Shown here: piece by piece, positions 1-62,435 of the stretch
Layout: the number at the start of each line of letters is the position of its first letter
Numbering within the stretch: the first letter of the stretch is position 1
DNA from: Tubiluchus corallicola
Taxonomy: Eukaryota; Animalia; Priapulida
Length of the DNA stretch: 64,000 bases
Reading direction: 5' to 3'
Assembly (NCBI GenBank): GCA_030141605.1
Contig: JAQGDQ010000095.1
Span: forward strand, 496,001 to 560,000
Made by a program: the position numbers and the translations under genes
The notes under the pieces: model-generated
Told to the model about the DNA's origin: nothing
The model's input: only the letters and a program-made list of their open reading frames with translations
The model's database searches: none

Positions 1-65
1 AGTTTTGGGTTTATATCAGCTTATCACTAGTTATGGCCAAAAAGACCTAGGTAGACAAACTGACA

Positions 66-154
66 TCATTTCTTTGACAATGCAATTCCTAAACCGACAA
101 GACCTCCTAATGCCAGCACAGCACCTCCAACGACTGCCATGCCCACTAGTCCCT
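66..154 (-). CDS. FIS1: FIS1 coding exon 5 (TM tail anchor and stop)
   Basis: Acceptor TTTTTTAG, GLVGMAVVGGAVLALGGLVGLGIALSKK, TGA at 68-66. Confidence 0.96.
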
Positions 155-3100
155 CTAAAAAACAAGAAAAAATACTGCTTATAAAGTATAATAGGAAGCA
201 TGCAAACACAATTGTAAATAGGTGAATAAGGAGATGGTAACAATGACAATCATCAAAAGCAAATAACGCAAAAAGCAAAAACTGTAAGTAGAGTGTTAAA
301 AAACTCAGTTGGTAAAAAAGCAAAGGCAAGCAACAAAAGCAAAACGACAAATCAATCCTTTTATTCTTATTGTGAATGAAACTAGCAAAATAAAACTTTA
401 TGTTGTTCGTTTGGCCATAGTACTCAGTATCCCAAAGAACAATATAAGTATGTGCATGTCACAGTTAAAAGAAAGAAATAGAAATGAATTTCCAATTTAA
501 TATCATCACGTGGGCTCTATACAAAACAACTAACATTGCTTGGTTTAATTTCTCTTAATGTTCTTACAATTATAGTCTTGATGTATAACAAAAGGAATAG
601 TCTCAGTAATGAAGGAATTTCATATTACTGGAATTTGTCCTTACTAAGAGATTAACAATTGCACTGCCTTTTAGTATCACAATTTCTAACAATGCCACTG
701 ATCATGTTGCTGTTTATTTTACTGCTATTGCCTAAACTTATAAATATAGGACAAAAAAATTTGCAAACAAAAGGAAAAAATGGATTTTCAAAATTCATCT
801 TGTTATATTAGACCAAACTAGCACTTTCTTTTATATTCATATGTAAAAAAATCACAGTGCAAAAGTTGAAATGCAAAACACCTGGGCACAGTATACATGT
901 TTGCTGCAGTTAAGCGGTGTTAACCAGACATCCGAAATGCGTTACGCATTATTCACCTGTGGAATAGCTGCATATAAAAAGTCAATGGGAAACAGCTGCA
1001 GAAAAAAATAACTCATAATGCAGGTCAGATAAACGGGTACACTGAAAACAATATAAATAGATAATTTTTTATCTATAACGCATATGCATTTCGGATGTCT
1101 GATAAATGCCACTTTAGTGTTTATAGATAACAGATATATAGATATAGAACTGGATTTTTATTTTCACGTGTCTGTAAAAAAACAAAAATTAAATTTGCAG
1201 GCATAAATTTTCTTGGGTCTCTTTTCCCCCTTCTGTTTTATTATAACTACGTGCAGCATTGAATGAAAAATGAAAAATATGTCTACATTTAATTTTCATC
1301 ATAAGCTTAGCATATAATATAAAGTGTTAGAAAGTACTTTATTGTAATAGAACATCATACAAAATGGAAAGCTTGCGTATTAAGCGAGATTTTTTAACAT
1401 CTGTCATTATTGAATTGGACTGAACTTGTACAGTCACATGCAGATAGAACAAAGCAAGGGAATGCTGCAAACCAGTAACCAAGCCAACGCAACTACGCAA
1501 AATTTTCAGTGCAGCAATTGTTAAAGCATGCACAGCACTATTGTCGCAACTACAGTATGGAACAAGTGTACTATACACCTCGCACTGTGGCGTTAAAAAT
1601 TAACTAAGGATTTTTAAGCTACCAAGATTTAATTTTCAGTTGCAGAGAATTAAGAAAGTTATGCAACTGGATAAACTGTGTGAACTGGATAAAAATTGAA
1701 TTTCCTATGTTAACATTTGCATTTATTTTTTAATTTTTAAATTGTCTGCCCACAATTTCCTATAGCAATGTTTGTTGTTAGCTAGATACTTTTATTTAAA
1801 CATGTCGGCCCATTTACTAAAAATTGCTAAAAACTTCAAGATTGTCAGCGCTTTCGTCATCCACACATTTTCTTCATTAATTTGGAAAATGTTTGTGTTT
1901 TGCAGCTTAAAGATCACTACAAAAATTACATAAGCAGTGCATAAACATTTAGTGGTTTAGTTGCACAATCACTGCTTCATATTTTTCAAAAACAGAGTGA
2001 TCAAAAGACTTAGTCTGACTACAAAAGCAGAAACTTGTCAAACTATGCTCCAATTATTTAATGCATACAAAACCTCTGAAATATATTTACTTACCATTTT
2101 TCATTCTCTTGTTTATAACTCGTTCTAAATCTCTAGCTTGGGAATTCAAAGGCTCTACCTGTATCAAACCCCGAACATGTTTTAGAGCTTCGGCATAATT
2201 CTGTAAAATATATAACGATCAGTGCAGCCTTGTAGCATACACGATGCACTGCAGCTGAATACATTTTACATTTAAAAAACAATCTACAGAAAGCCTACAG
2301 TTGAAAATCAGCCACATCAGGTTCGTTCATTTGCTTTTCACATTATTATACTGCAACTGGACTAATTATTATAATTTGCACAAATTGCAGACATTTGGCA
2401 TTAAACTACCTTTGCCATGTGCTGAATTAAGGGCACTGTCCTAAAGATGTGATGTAGAATGTGCAATAAAAGCAGTGGAAATCAATTATTGAATATTTAA
2501 AGGACTTCTAAAGGATCTGCATAACAATATGACAATAAATTGTGCAAAACCAAAGCAGAATAAAGTATCCCTTAAGCTACAATAGTTTTACTGTCAACTA
2601 CTATGATTTTTACATACCTTTAAACGAGTGTGCCCAATTGCCATGTAAAATATATAATCTCGTTTTGCCTTTTCATCACCATGAAAATATAAATCTAAAA
2701 AATTATGTCAAATACTTTACTTGACTTTAGTGGTAAATTGTCAAAACTAACCATGGGCATTATTATTAAACCCACTTAGGTAAACAGTAAGAACAACAAA
2801 TTTTAAACTACGTGTATGTTTCAGAAATTTTGCATAACAACGTTATATCTTGCAACATTCTTGTTCATTTGAAAGCCCTGATTAATAGAAAAAATTCTTA
2901 ACTAGTGCTAACCCTGACATCAGAGACCAACGATTCCATTGTGCATTAACAGCTAAGTCAAACAACTATTAAGCATAGTAATGAAGTAGTGCAATTTATT
3001 TTCACAATTTTTTTTGTATATTGGTTCTTTGATTACATTTTACACTAATGTAAACATATTAAAAGGACTTGCTACAATTTTCAACAGAAGATCAATGTTA

Positions 3101-5730
3101 AAATGTTAAATTTTCAAGTTTTACAAGAAGTGTGCAAAAAATAAACTGACAACACATGCTGGAATAAAAATTCTGTTACAGTGACCCAATTTAAGTTACT
3201 CAACTACTACTCAAGAGAGCAAGTCAATAAAACCCTAGATTGTGCTCAATTAATAATATTTTGTAAAAATGCTAAACATTCTGCAACATCAACAATAGCA
3301 GAAAAGATATCACAAAAGTACTATTTTATTTTGCCAAGTGCTGTACCTTCTAACAGAGCTAAACCCTTTCTAATGTCAGCAGGATACTTGCTTCTCACTA
3401 AACACCAAGCATATTCAAACTGAGATTGTGTCTGCACCTTGCCCGAGAGCACTTGTTCTGTGTATATTTTCTCAAATTTCTGAAAAAAAGATAAATTATC
3501 TTTAAAAACACATGGGAAAGCAAACGCTTATTAGTCAAACTAAACTACCACAATTACGACACAGCACAACCCAACAAGGATCTTCAGGTCTAACAAAGTC
3601 CAGTTGTTAAGAATAGAATGTAGCTTGCTTTGGTCTTTATTTATTGTCACGTAGAAAATATTGCTATTATGTACTATGCAAAATGTGCATGTCAGAATAC
3701 TATGTATTTTGGAATTCAGAGAAATTTTAGCATATTTTATGGTTGAACTTTTTAATTTTAAACTACGTTAAACTTTAGAAAGTAAAAAGGCATTAAAAAC
3801 AACATGCACTAAAATATCATCTGTGCTTAGAAGCACAATAACAGAAATATTGGATAAGCTGTATCGCTATTTATAATTGTGTCAGTAGTTATTAGCTATC
3901 AAATTGGTAAGACGGGAAATTATGTTATTTTACAGCAGTAGTTGGCAGCAAATTTGCTTCTTAAACTGGGTAAACACGAATTTAGAAGACTGCTTGGAAT
4001 CGAAGCCCGGATTTGGATTCGGAGTTTGAAGTTCCGGAATAGCGATGCTTCGTCCAATTCCTATAGCACACACAGTGTATGCTGTGGCGTTTAAAAGTAC
4101 TACGCAAGCAAAACATTTTTTGCATAGTTTTATTTTTAGGTACATTATCACTAGAGGCCTACTACTGTATGCAGTTAGGAAACTAATTTTAGATAATTTG
4201 TGGTTTTAGATATAGTGCGGTTGCATCTAAAATTCATTTCCCTATTAACAACAACATTATTTCTTTGATATGATTTTAATTACTAAAAGCACTAACTTGC
4301 ACCCAAGCAGAGTTCATTTTTGTATTAACAACGTCATTTCTTTGGTACAATTTTTGCTGCTTTTTTTCCGGTTCTTGCTTGAGCTTTTCTTCATTCCCAT
4401 AAATTCAGAGCAAATTTGGTACACATATGACTGATTATCGACTTCCATACAAACGAAGTGTAGTTTGCCAGACTAATCACGTCTCATGCATTACTGATAA
4501 ACACGTATTTTAGCCTGTGTAATGTACTCTTACAATTGCAAATCAACATATATACCATCTTGTGCAATTTACAATAAAGAAGAAAGGTTACGCATTATTT
4601 CTCAATGAAGAGTTATAATTTCATAAAAATAATACGTGAAACTGTCACTTGAAATGTGAAAAATGTAGAAGTTAGATCACTTGTCACGTGTCTTCACATA
4701 TTGCTGTAATCTGTCGCATGAGTCTTCACCAATTGGCGTAATCTGTCGCATGAGTCTTCACCAATTGCTGTAATTTGTCACTAGTCTTCATCTATTGCCG
4801 TAATCTGTTATGTGTGTTATCTATTGTTGTAATCTTTAACTGAACAATGCGAAGTATCTTTTGATCTTCGAAATGTAATAACCAATAGGAAAATTTTTAA
4901 CTTCTACCATCACTTTGGCCGTTAACTCCAAAAACCACCTAAAACGCAAGTGCACCGAGACAAGTGATTGAATTTTTTATGGTCTTTCGCCTTTGGCTCT
5001 GCTTTACATTACTTTGTGATTTTTTTCTTTGCGAAATTGATTGCGAGATTTAACTAAACTCTTAATGAGGGATTTTGCTGATGCTGCTCCATGTGGACAT
5101 AATGTAGGACAAAAGAACACTAGAATCGGGTGTGGAGTCTCAGTGAATTGTTTGTGAGGGCCCAGCAACTTGAGCAATCAGTTAAAGAAAGACGCTGCAA
5201 TAAATAACTTAGAACAACTTCTTCAAGAATCGGTAAAGTTGACTATAATAACGGTAATAACTCATCTTTGCTGTTATCTCCATCATTTTGACTCTTATTA
5301 TGGCTTTTTTTTGCTAGCTGTTCTGTAAGGAAGCCAAACTGGGTTATATGATATACTCAATCTCTAAACAACTTTTCTGTGGCGCTTGTACTTTAGCTAC
5401 AATAATTATAACGATTTGATACATTATATACACATAGAGCAAAAACATATTGGCACCTATGACTAAGGGTACTAGTAACATGCTGTAGAAAACTCAGTAT
5501 TTGCAGACTTGCTTCTCATGACTCCAATCTAGATTTCGTTCTTCGATAGCATTAACATACGTTTGGATGGCCCCTTTAAACTGGTTAACTGTAACTGCTT
5601 CCATGAACTGTGCTACAAGTGAATTGCACTGAATTCATAAGAAAACGCTGGTAACAAAAATAATTTAAAATCTAAAACTGCTCACTTTAAGGTCTTCAGG
5701 TGGTACAACGTCATCAACGATTCCTTCCAT
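66..5730 (-). CDS. FIS1: Mitochondrial fission 1 protein, spliced CDS join(5686-5730,3347-3479,2618-2694,2095-2200,66-154), 149 aa
   Basis: Manually spliced with GT-AG introns into 450 nt in frame: MEGIVDDVVPPEDLK/KFEKIYTEQVLSGKVQTQSQFEYAWCLVRSKYPADIRKGLALLE/DLYFHGDEKAKRDYIFYMAIGHTRLK/NYAEALKHVRGLIQVEPLNSQARDLERVINKRMKN/EGLVGMAVVGGAVLALGGLVGLGIALSKK*. FEYAWCLVRS, the TPR helices and the C-terminal TM tail anchor are diagnostic of FIS1. Confidence 0.97.
913..1113. mobile_element. MITE with TIRs and TTA target-site duplication (PIF/Harbinger, Tourist-like) in FIS1 intron 4
   Basis: Perfect 16-nt inverted repeat CAGACATCCGAAATGC (925-940 and 1086-1101) inside imperfect ~28-nt TIRs; TTA at 910-912 and 1114-1116. 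Confidence 0.75.
2095..2200 (-). CDS. FIS1: FIS1 coding exon 4 (106 nt)
   Basis: Acceptor TTTACAG, NYAEALKHVRGLIQVEPLNSQA..., donor G|GTAAGT. Confidence 0.96.
2618..2694 (-). CDS. FIS1: FIS1 coding exon 3 (77 nt)
   Basis: Acceptor TTTTTAG, KRDYIFYMAIGHTRLK, donor AAG|GTATGT. Confidence 0.95.
3347..3479 (-). CDS. FIS1: FIS1 coding exon 2 (133 nt)
   Basis: Acceptor TTTTCAG, KFEK...QFEYAWCLVRSKY...LALLE, donor G|GTACAG. Confidence 0.96.
4683..4835. repeat. Minisatellite, ~32-nt unit, about 4.5 copies
   Basis: Unit GTAATCTGTCGCATGAGTCTTCACCAATTGGC starts at 4706, 4738 and 4770, with degenerate copies at 4800 and 4829. Confidence 0.85.
5686..5730 (-). CDS. FIS1: FIS1 coding exon 1 (45 nt)
   Basis: ATG at 5730-5728, MEGIVDDVVPPEDLK, donor AAA|GTGAG. 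Confidence 0.92.
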
Positions 5731-6208
5731 GTTCATTAATAATAAAATATTTTATTATTTAGGTATACTAGTCTGCTAGCTAAGTTCTCTAAACCCCGGT
5801 AGCTAACCGATTAATGCACATTTTTACAAACAAAAATCGAAGATAATTTTTGGTTTATAAAAAACTCTCTATAAATTCTTATTAAAACAACGTCGTTTTA
5901 TTAAACGACGTCGATCTAAAAATCAAACATCAAAATTTCAAGTACTAATGGTGAAAACAGAGGTGAAAAGTGAAAACGCGTAATCACAGCCCAGCGAGCC
6001 CACGTGAATTTGTGTACACGATCAACAAAAGCAAGCTGTTATGCTAAATTTTTTAGGTGCGTTTTATTTTTGATCCAGTACGACGCATCTAGTTAAGGGT
6101 AGCCTTTTACAACTTACTGAATAATGAGAGAACAGTGTGTTTATTGTTTAAGACTTATTGAAGAATGAGTGAACAGTGAAGACCTAGCCGCTAGTTAAGT
6201 ATATTACA

Positions 6209-6231
6209 ATATATATATATATATATATATA
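6209..6231. repeat. (AT)n microsatellite
   Basis: Direct reading. Confidence 0.9.
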
Positions 6232-8074
6232 ATTATCAGTCATGTACGTAAAGTGCAAAAGTTCCAACCTTTTTACATATTTTACATCCTTTTGGCCAAG
6301 GTTGGCGTCAAAAGTTTCAAGGATACAGTGCCTAACTTCTGTAGTCGTATTTTCACTCTGGACAGTAACAATTGTACATAGTCGTACACCACTATTCAAA
6401 AACCAGTTACAAACCTTCTCAATTTTGCTCTTACTTAATACATAACTAACGGTTCTTATAATCGTGTGCCTAACTTCTAAATGATGTATTTACTCACTGA
6501 ATGGCTTTTATGTAGGTCATACCTGTTAGCCAACCAGGATTTCATTAATTACCCATTGTTTTTTATTATAAATGTACTTATAACTGTAGTGTGCTTTATC
6601 AAATAAAATATTGTTTAAACTAATTGTACATAGTACATTTAGCACAAAATAGTATTTATTACATTTTAATTTATTGATTATACTATAAATGCATTGAGTT
6701 TTTAAATTATTCACTACAAACAGCTTTCCACTAATGGTGAAAAAATAAAAAACTTATTACCATGACTCATAAAATGTCAGCTAGTACACCATATTACAAG
6801 GCATACGTACTATACGACAATCATATCATCTGCAAGATCATGTAAATAATATCATTTAAATTATTAAAACTTTGTGAGATGTTAATTTTGAGGTTAGACG
6901 TGCCTTTTGACAGTTTTCCACCGAAGCTCATGAATTTGTTAATTCACGTTAAGTAAAGTGGGTTAATGATCATTAATATCTATCAACTTTAATAACTGTG
7001 ATTTTTTTAATTACAGTGGATCTGATCAGAGTGCTTGAAAAATGGGCCAGTCACTTGTAGTATTTTAGGAAATTTTCTTATTATTTTGCAATTCGACTAT
7101 TTACCTGCACTTCAACTACATGTATTAACCATCTTGCTGGTTGGCAGGCAGCACAGCTATGAATGCTTTTGATAAACAACTTTTTTTTATAAATATCCGA
7201 ATGTAGTGAAAATCTGTGTGAACTTGTAATGCCCACAAAAGTAGTCAACGGCAAAATAACTAATACAACAAAAGCCAAAATAAAGTATTAAGTAAAGTCA
7301 TTTGCAGGGCACTTTATTTTCCCTCTATAAAACAAAGCAATATGTACATACCTTGAAAAAATATACAAAAAGCTTACAGCCTGACACAGCCACAATCCAC
7401 CCAGCTACAAAAATATAATCTGACTAAATGAGCAGCCTCAGTGGCAGATCCAGTTATTTCAGCTTATAGACCAATGAACAAAAGTATTTGCAACGAAGTT
7501 ATAAAAACGATTAATGTCTACATTGGTAGCATTACTATGCACTCACATTTTAAAACAGTGTTTAACAATAGTATACGTACCAAATAATATTAATTTGAGA
7601 ATGCCGTGGTGGGTCGCATTCACTGGAAGTAAAAATAACAAAAGGACTTAAGTGATTATATACAGTGCAACATAAATTTGTATTATTAGCTGAAAACTCA
7701 ATAAACTTGGACTCTATGCAGTCTATGGTTAAGCTATATATATATATATCACTAAAAGTGGAAGACAGTGATTTTGTTGAATGAATGAATAAAACAGAAG
7801 TTTTATTATAATTTTATAATATAATATGTCTATACAGGAAAAATAAACAGCATGATGCGCATTCCTCTTTGACATTCCTTTATTTTTTACGTTTCTAACG
7901 AGCAAACATTTACGGAAAAATTGTAGTAGCAAATGCATATTTCGCAAAACGTGCTATAACAAGGCATTCAAACGGCATTTTAAATACACAGTAGTTTCTT
8001 GCAAATGCATAATTTTTATATTTTGCAAATTTTACCATAATTTAAGTTCTTAGTTAAGTTAACAAAGCACAACA

Positions 8075-8099
8075 TGTAATTATTTTTGGTGCTTTTATT
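8075..8099 (-). terminator. Candidate cyclin D polyadenylation signal and cleavage site
   Basis: First canonical AATAAA after the stop (8099-8094), a CA about 19 nt downstream (8076-8075), then GU-rich TGTTGTGCTTTGTT. Implies a 3'UTR of about 1.26 kb; more distal AATAAA signals also exist. Confidence 0.55.
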
Positions 8100-9336
8100 A
8101 TTCACTCAAATAAACTATAACTTGCAGCTACCACTTTCTAAATGAAACATCATCACAAAAGGAAAAAAAGAATCCATCATGAATATGGCACTGAGTTATA
8201 AGCTGCTTTGCATACATGCATTTAGATATCACATCCACTAAATTAATTAGCAGAGTGAGTGTCGTTTAAATGCGTATAGGAGGTAGCCGATATTGTGTTT
8301 AAAAGGGCACATGACTTTTACCTATACTCAGAATCTTCAAGTACTGTAGACTAGCAGGTGGAGGTATATAAATGAGGTAATTTGTGATGAAATGCTCCAG
8401 TTATGATCAATAATATTAACTTACAGACTTCAGAAATTACATAAGACAGGGCCAGCTTTCTACACAATTATGCCAATAAAGCATATACACATGCATTTAT
8501 AAATACCAAAAGAAAACAAAAACTGCTCATTGTTATTTTGTCCCTCTGGTAGTGCTACTGGAATGGCAAGTATTATTTGCAATTAATAAGAAATGAATAT
8601 AAAAACAAGACAGAGCTTATTTTGATACGTTAGTTGGAGCAGCAAGCTCTAAACTACACAAGGAATGTTGTCTGCGTACGATAAATTTTGCACAAAATAC
8701 ATAGCTTATTATGTCTGTCCATACATAATAGAATCTATAGCTATGTTTTTCAGAATATAAAGTTGTAATAAGCTACAGACAATATGGCTTACACTATCTA
8801 CTCAACTTTGTTATCACATATATACAGGATTTACACCATAAAAACGCAAAACATAATCAGAAGCTTAACCAGCTGGTAACTAATCTGTAATTACGAAAAT
8901 CAGAGAGATTCAATTACCCACTCAAACACAAACACAATAATTCAGTAATTAATAATTGCTGCAACTGTAAAATGAGCTTTTACCCGTTTCTTACTCTAAA
9001 AACAATGAATCACAACAAACAAACATTTCATTGGTCATACGAAATGGAATTTGCTAAACCAATAAGTCTACTCTATACCTCAATTATTTATCTCACTAAT
9101 TCAGAACTTTTCATTTCTTTAACCAGTGCTTATTAAACACAGCCAAGCAAACCAACACATAATTTTAGTGTTGATAGTAGCTCTACAGGCCGTCAATCAA
9201 TTATGCATTGAGCAACGTTTGAAAGCAACGGTTAAGTACAACAGGGTTAAACTTTAATGTTAACAAATCTCTGGAACTATAGCTTCTTGGTTTTGCATTC
9301 AGTGTTGACGAAACTCTCCAGCATTAGTAAAGCTTG

Positions 9337-59779
<50,443 letters not shown>

Positions 59780-60010
59780 ACTTTTCTGTGCCCAATTATC
59801 TTTTGTTTTAAACCCGCGTCCAAATTAGCCTGAAAGCGATTTATCGTTCTTCTGATAGAAATAAGTTTATTACACTTTAGCTCATACAAAATTATTTTCA
59901 GTACAGTAACTTTGATTAGTTAGTTTTCAATGCAGTAAAACTCCCGCTAAACGCAAAATTTGTGACCATGTACGCTATTAACAACACTCAACTGCAGCGA
60001 CCAGCTGATC

Positions 60011-60048
60011 AACTGCTAAATCGAGGCAACACTGACAGCCCTTTTATA
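60011..60048 (-). promoter_or_regulatory. Candidate cyclin D core promoter (TATA box and initiator-like sequence)
   Basis: TATAAAAG at 60048-60041 on the minus strand, TTAGCAGTT initiator-like sequence about 31-34 nt downstream, about 240 nt before the ATG. Confidence 0.55.
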
Positions 60049-60189
60049 AACACCAGCGCTACCAGGAGCATTTAAACCATAAACAGCATGTAAGGACTAT
60101 TATAGCGAGCCAGTAGCGGCAGTTCTTTTCTCTTTACTCTTTTCTGGTTCCAAGAATGTGGTCCAGGGTCTCATAACGTTTAAAGTATC

Positions 60190-62320
60190 ATTTTTTATTG
60201 TAACCGTTTATGTAATACAAAACATACTTTACAAATTACAAAAATCAAGACATTTAAAATAACATAAACAAATACTAGTACAAACTGACTGTCAATGAAT
60301 GCAATCAGTAAGTATGCATTAACTACACTCCGGCATTTTTAGTTGGCCAGTAAATCATTAGAATATATGTTTCAAAGGTAAGCTTCAACTTATGCTAGCA
60401 TCCCAAGGTTGGCTCCTGTATATTTCTCCACCTTATACATATATTTAATACAACTCACTGCATGGTTAAAATTCAGTGTTTGTAATTTGCTTCGAGTACA
60501 CCAAATATAATATTTTACTATTAAAGTGGTCTTATTTAAACATAGGAAATTTTTATACGGAAACTTTTCATAAATTACAACAGACTTAACAATTTTTAAA
60601 GCATTACTTGTACTTTGCACCCACCATTGTTTGAAATGTTCCCATATGAGTTTTGCTTTATTACAATCCCATAGAATATGTAATATGGTTTCTGTTTCCG
60701 AGTTGCAAAAATTACAAGTGTCAGAATCAACCTTATTGATTTTGAACAGAAAATCTTTTGTGGGTAGTATTCTGTACAGAACACCAAACTGATGATTGCG
60801 TTTCAGGATCTTTTGTACATTTGAAAGGGAGCAGATACGCGTTTTTCCAATTTATATTATAATTTATGAATTTTTCCTCTCATTTCAGTTCAGAAAATGG
60901 CGGAAGACTTTTTTGAGATAATAACTTTTTATACACAATCGATGTTTTAAAGTCGCCTTGTGATACAAGCTTTTCAGTTTTGCGATTTTCAGTCTCTGGT
61001 CTGCACAGTATAACACACGCATTTCGAATATCATTTCGCCATCTATTTGGAATTGCACTGACAAGACTGTAACATTGAAGAAAATCAACTTTAACTGCAA
61101 ATTTTCTAGTGAACTGATCACGTAACATTATAGTTCCATTACCATTCATTAAATCATTAACGTGCAATACATTATTTTCAATACACGTTGTACAGAACAT
61201 ACGGGTAACGTTAGGCTTTATGTTATTATTATACCATAATGTCTGTCTTAAATAATCCGTTTGAGTTATCGGATTTCTTAATATTTCACACCAGCATATA
61301 ATTACATGTTGCCAGAAGGGGCTCCCAAGTATTACACTCTTCTCTACTAGGAAAGTTTTTTCCATTTTCCAAAATGTGATTCTACACAGTTTTTCTAAGC
61401 CTACTTTTGCCAAGTTCCATCTGTTGTCATTAACCTGTGAGTCCACTTAGATTTCAAGGATTTGGCAAACGATTCCAAATCCACCATATTCGCTCATTCT
61501 TCTGAAATTTCGGACCTAAGTGTTTTTCGTTTAACTTTATGTCGTTTAGCACCTCATATAGACTTATATGCTAATTTCTCAATAGGTTTCAATTTTTCAT
61601 AATTCACAAGAGGGGGATGACAACGAATGGACTATTTTTGACAAAATTAATGATTTAAAACAGTTATCCGCCCAAAGATCGTAAGTGATCGTCAGGACTA
61701 AACTTTTATAAGATATCGAATTTCCACAAATTTAGCTTTCAAATTCAGATCAAAAGTATTCTCCAAATTATGCAGATCAAATTTTATTTCCAAAACTGTA
61801 AAGATATCATTCGTTCAGTCAAACTGTCATTTTTTACAAATGCGTCCTTGGGAACCAATTAACGCACCAAACCAAATTGCCTTTATTTTATTAGAATTCA
61901 TTTTTAACCCAGAAGTATTGCCAAAATTATGTACTATATGATGGGCTGCAAATAGTGAAGCAGATGAACCACTGAGAATAACTGCGGTATCATCCGCATA
62001 TTGACTTAAGACTATTTCGTAGTTATCTATAACAATACCTTTAACATCCTTACATATTTTAATCGCATTATCTAAAAACTCCACGCACAATATGAAATTG
62101 TATGGTGAGATAGGGTCACCCTGCCTAGTTCCCCGATGCAATTCGAAGAAGCTACTGTACGACCCGTTGTTAAGTACACAGCTTTCAATATTATTATAAC
62201 AAATTCTGATCAATTTTTGAAAATTATCACCAAAATTTAAAAAGTTTAAGACTTCGTGTATAATTTTCCACTCTAGCGTGTCAAACTCCTTTTCAAAATC
62301 AATTAATAAGAAAATTCCTT
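60190..62320 (-). mobile_element. Decayed L1/Tx1-type non-LTR retrotransposon, 3' part of ORF2 and 3' end
   Basis: RT motifs LIDFEKEFD, RGTRQGDPISPYNFIL, SQYADDT; C-terminal zinc knuckle CNFCNSETETILHILWDC (about 60660-60715); frameshifts and stops; AATAAA/A-rich end near 60191-60199; breaks off near 62320 inside the RT domain. Confidence 0.9.
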
Positions 62321-62324
62321 AATA

Positions 62325-62325
62325 G

Positions 62326-62379
<54 letters not shown>

Positions 62380-62398
62380 TAGATAGATAGAGATAGAG

Positions 62399-62430
<32 letters not shown>
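62325..62430. repeat. Compound (GACA)n(GATA)n(GA)n microsatellite between the two LINEs
   Basis: Direct reading. Confidence 0.95.

Positions 62431-62435
<5 letters not shown>

Noticed and set aside
4683-4835. 32-nt repeated unit of CRISPR-like length
   Set aside because: The units are contiguous with no unique spacers, there are no cas genes, and it is a eukaryotic intron, so it is a minisatellite
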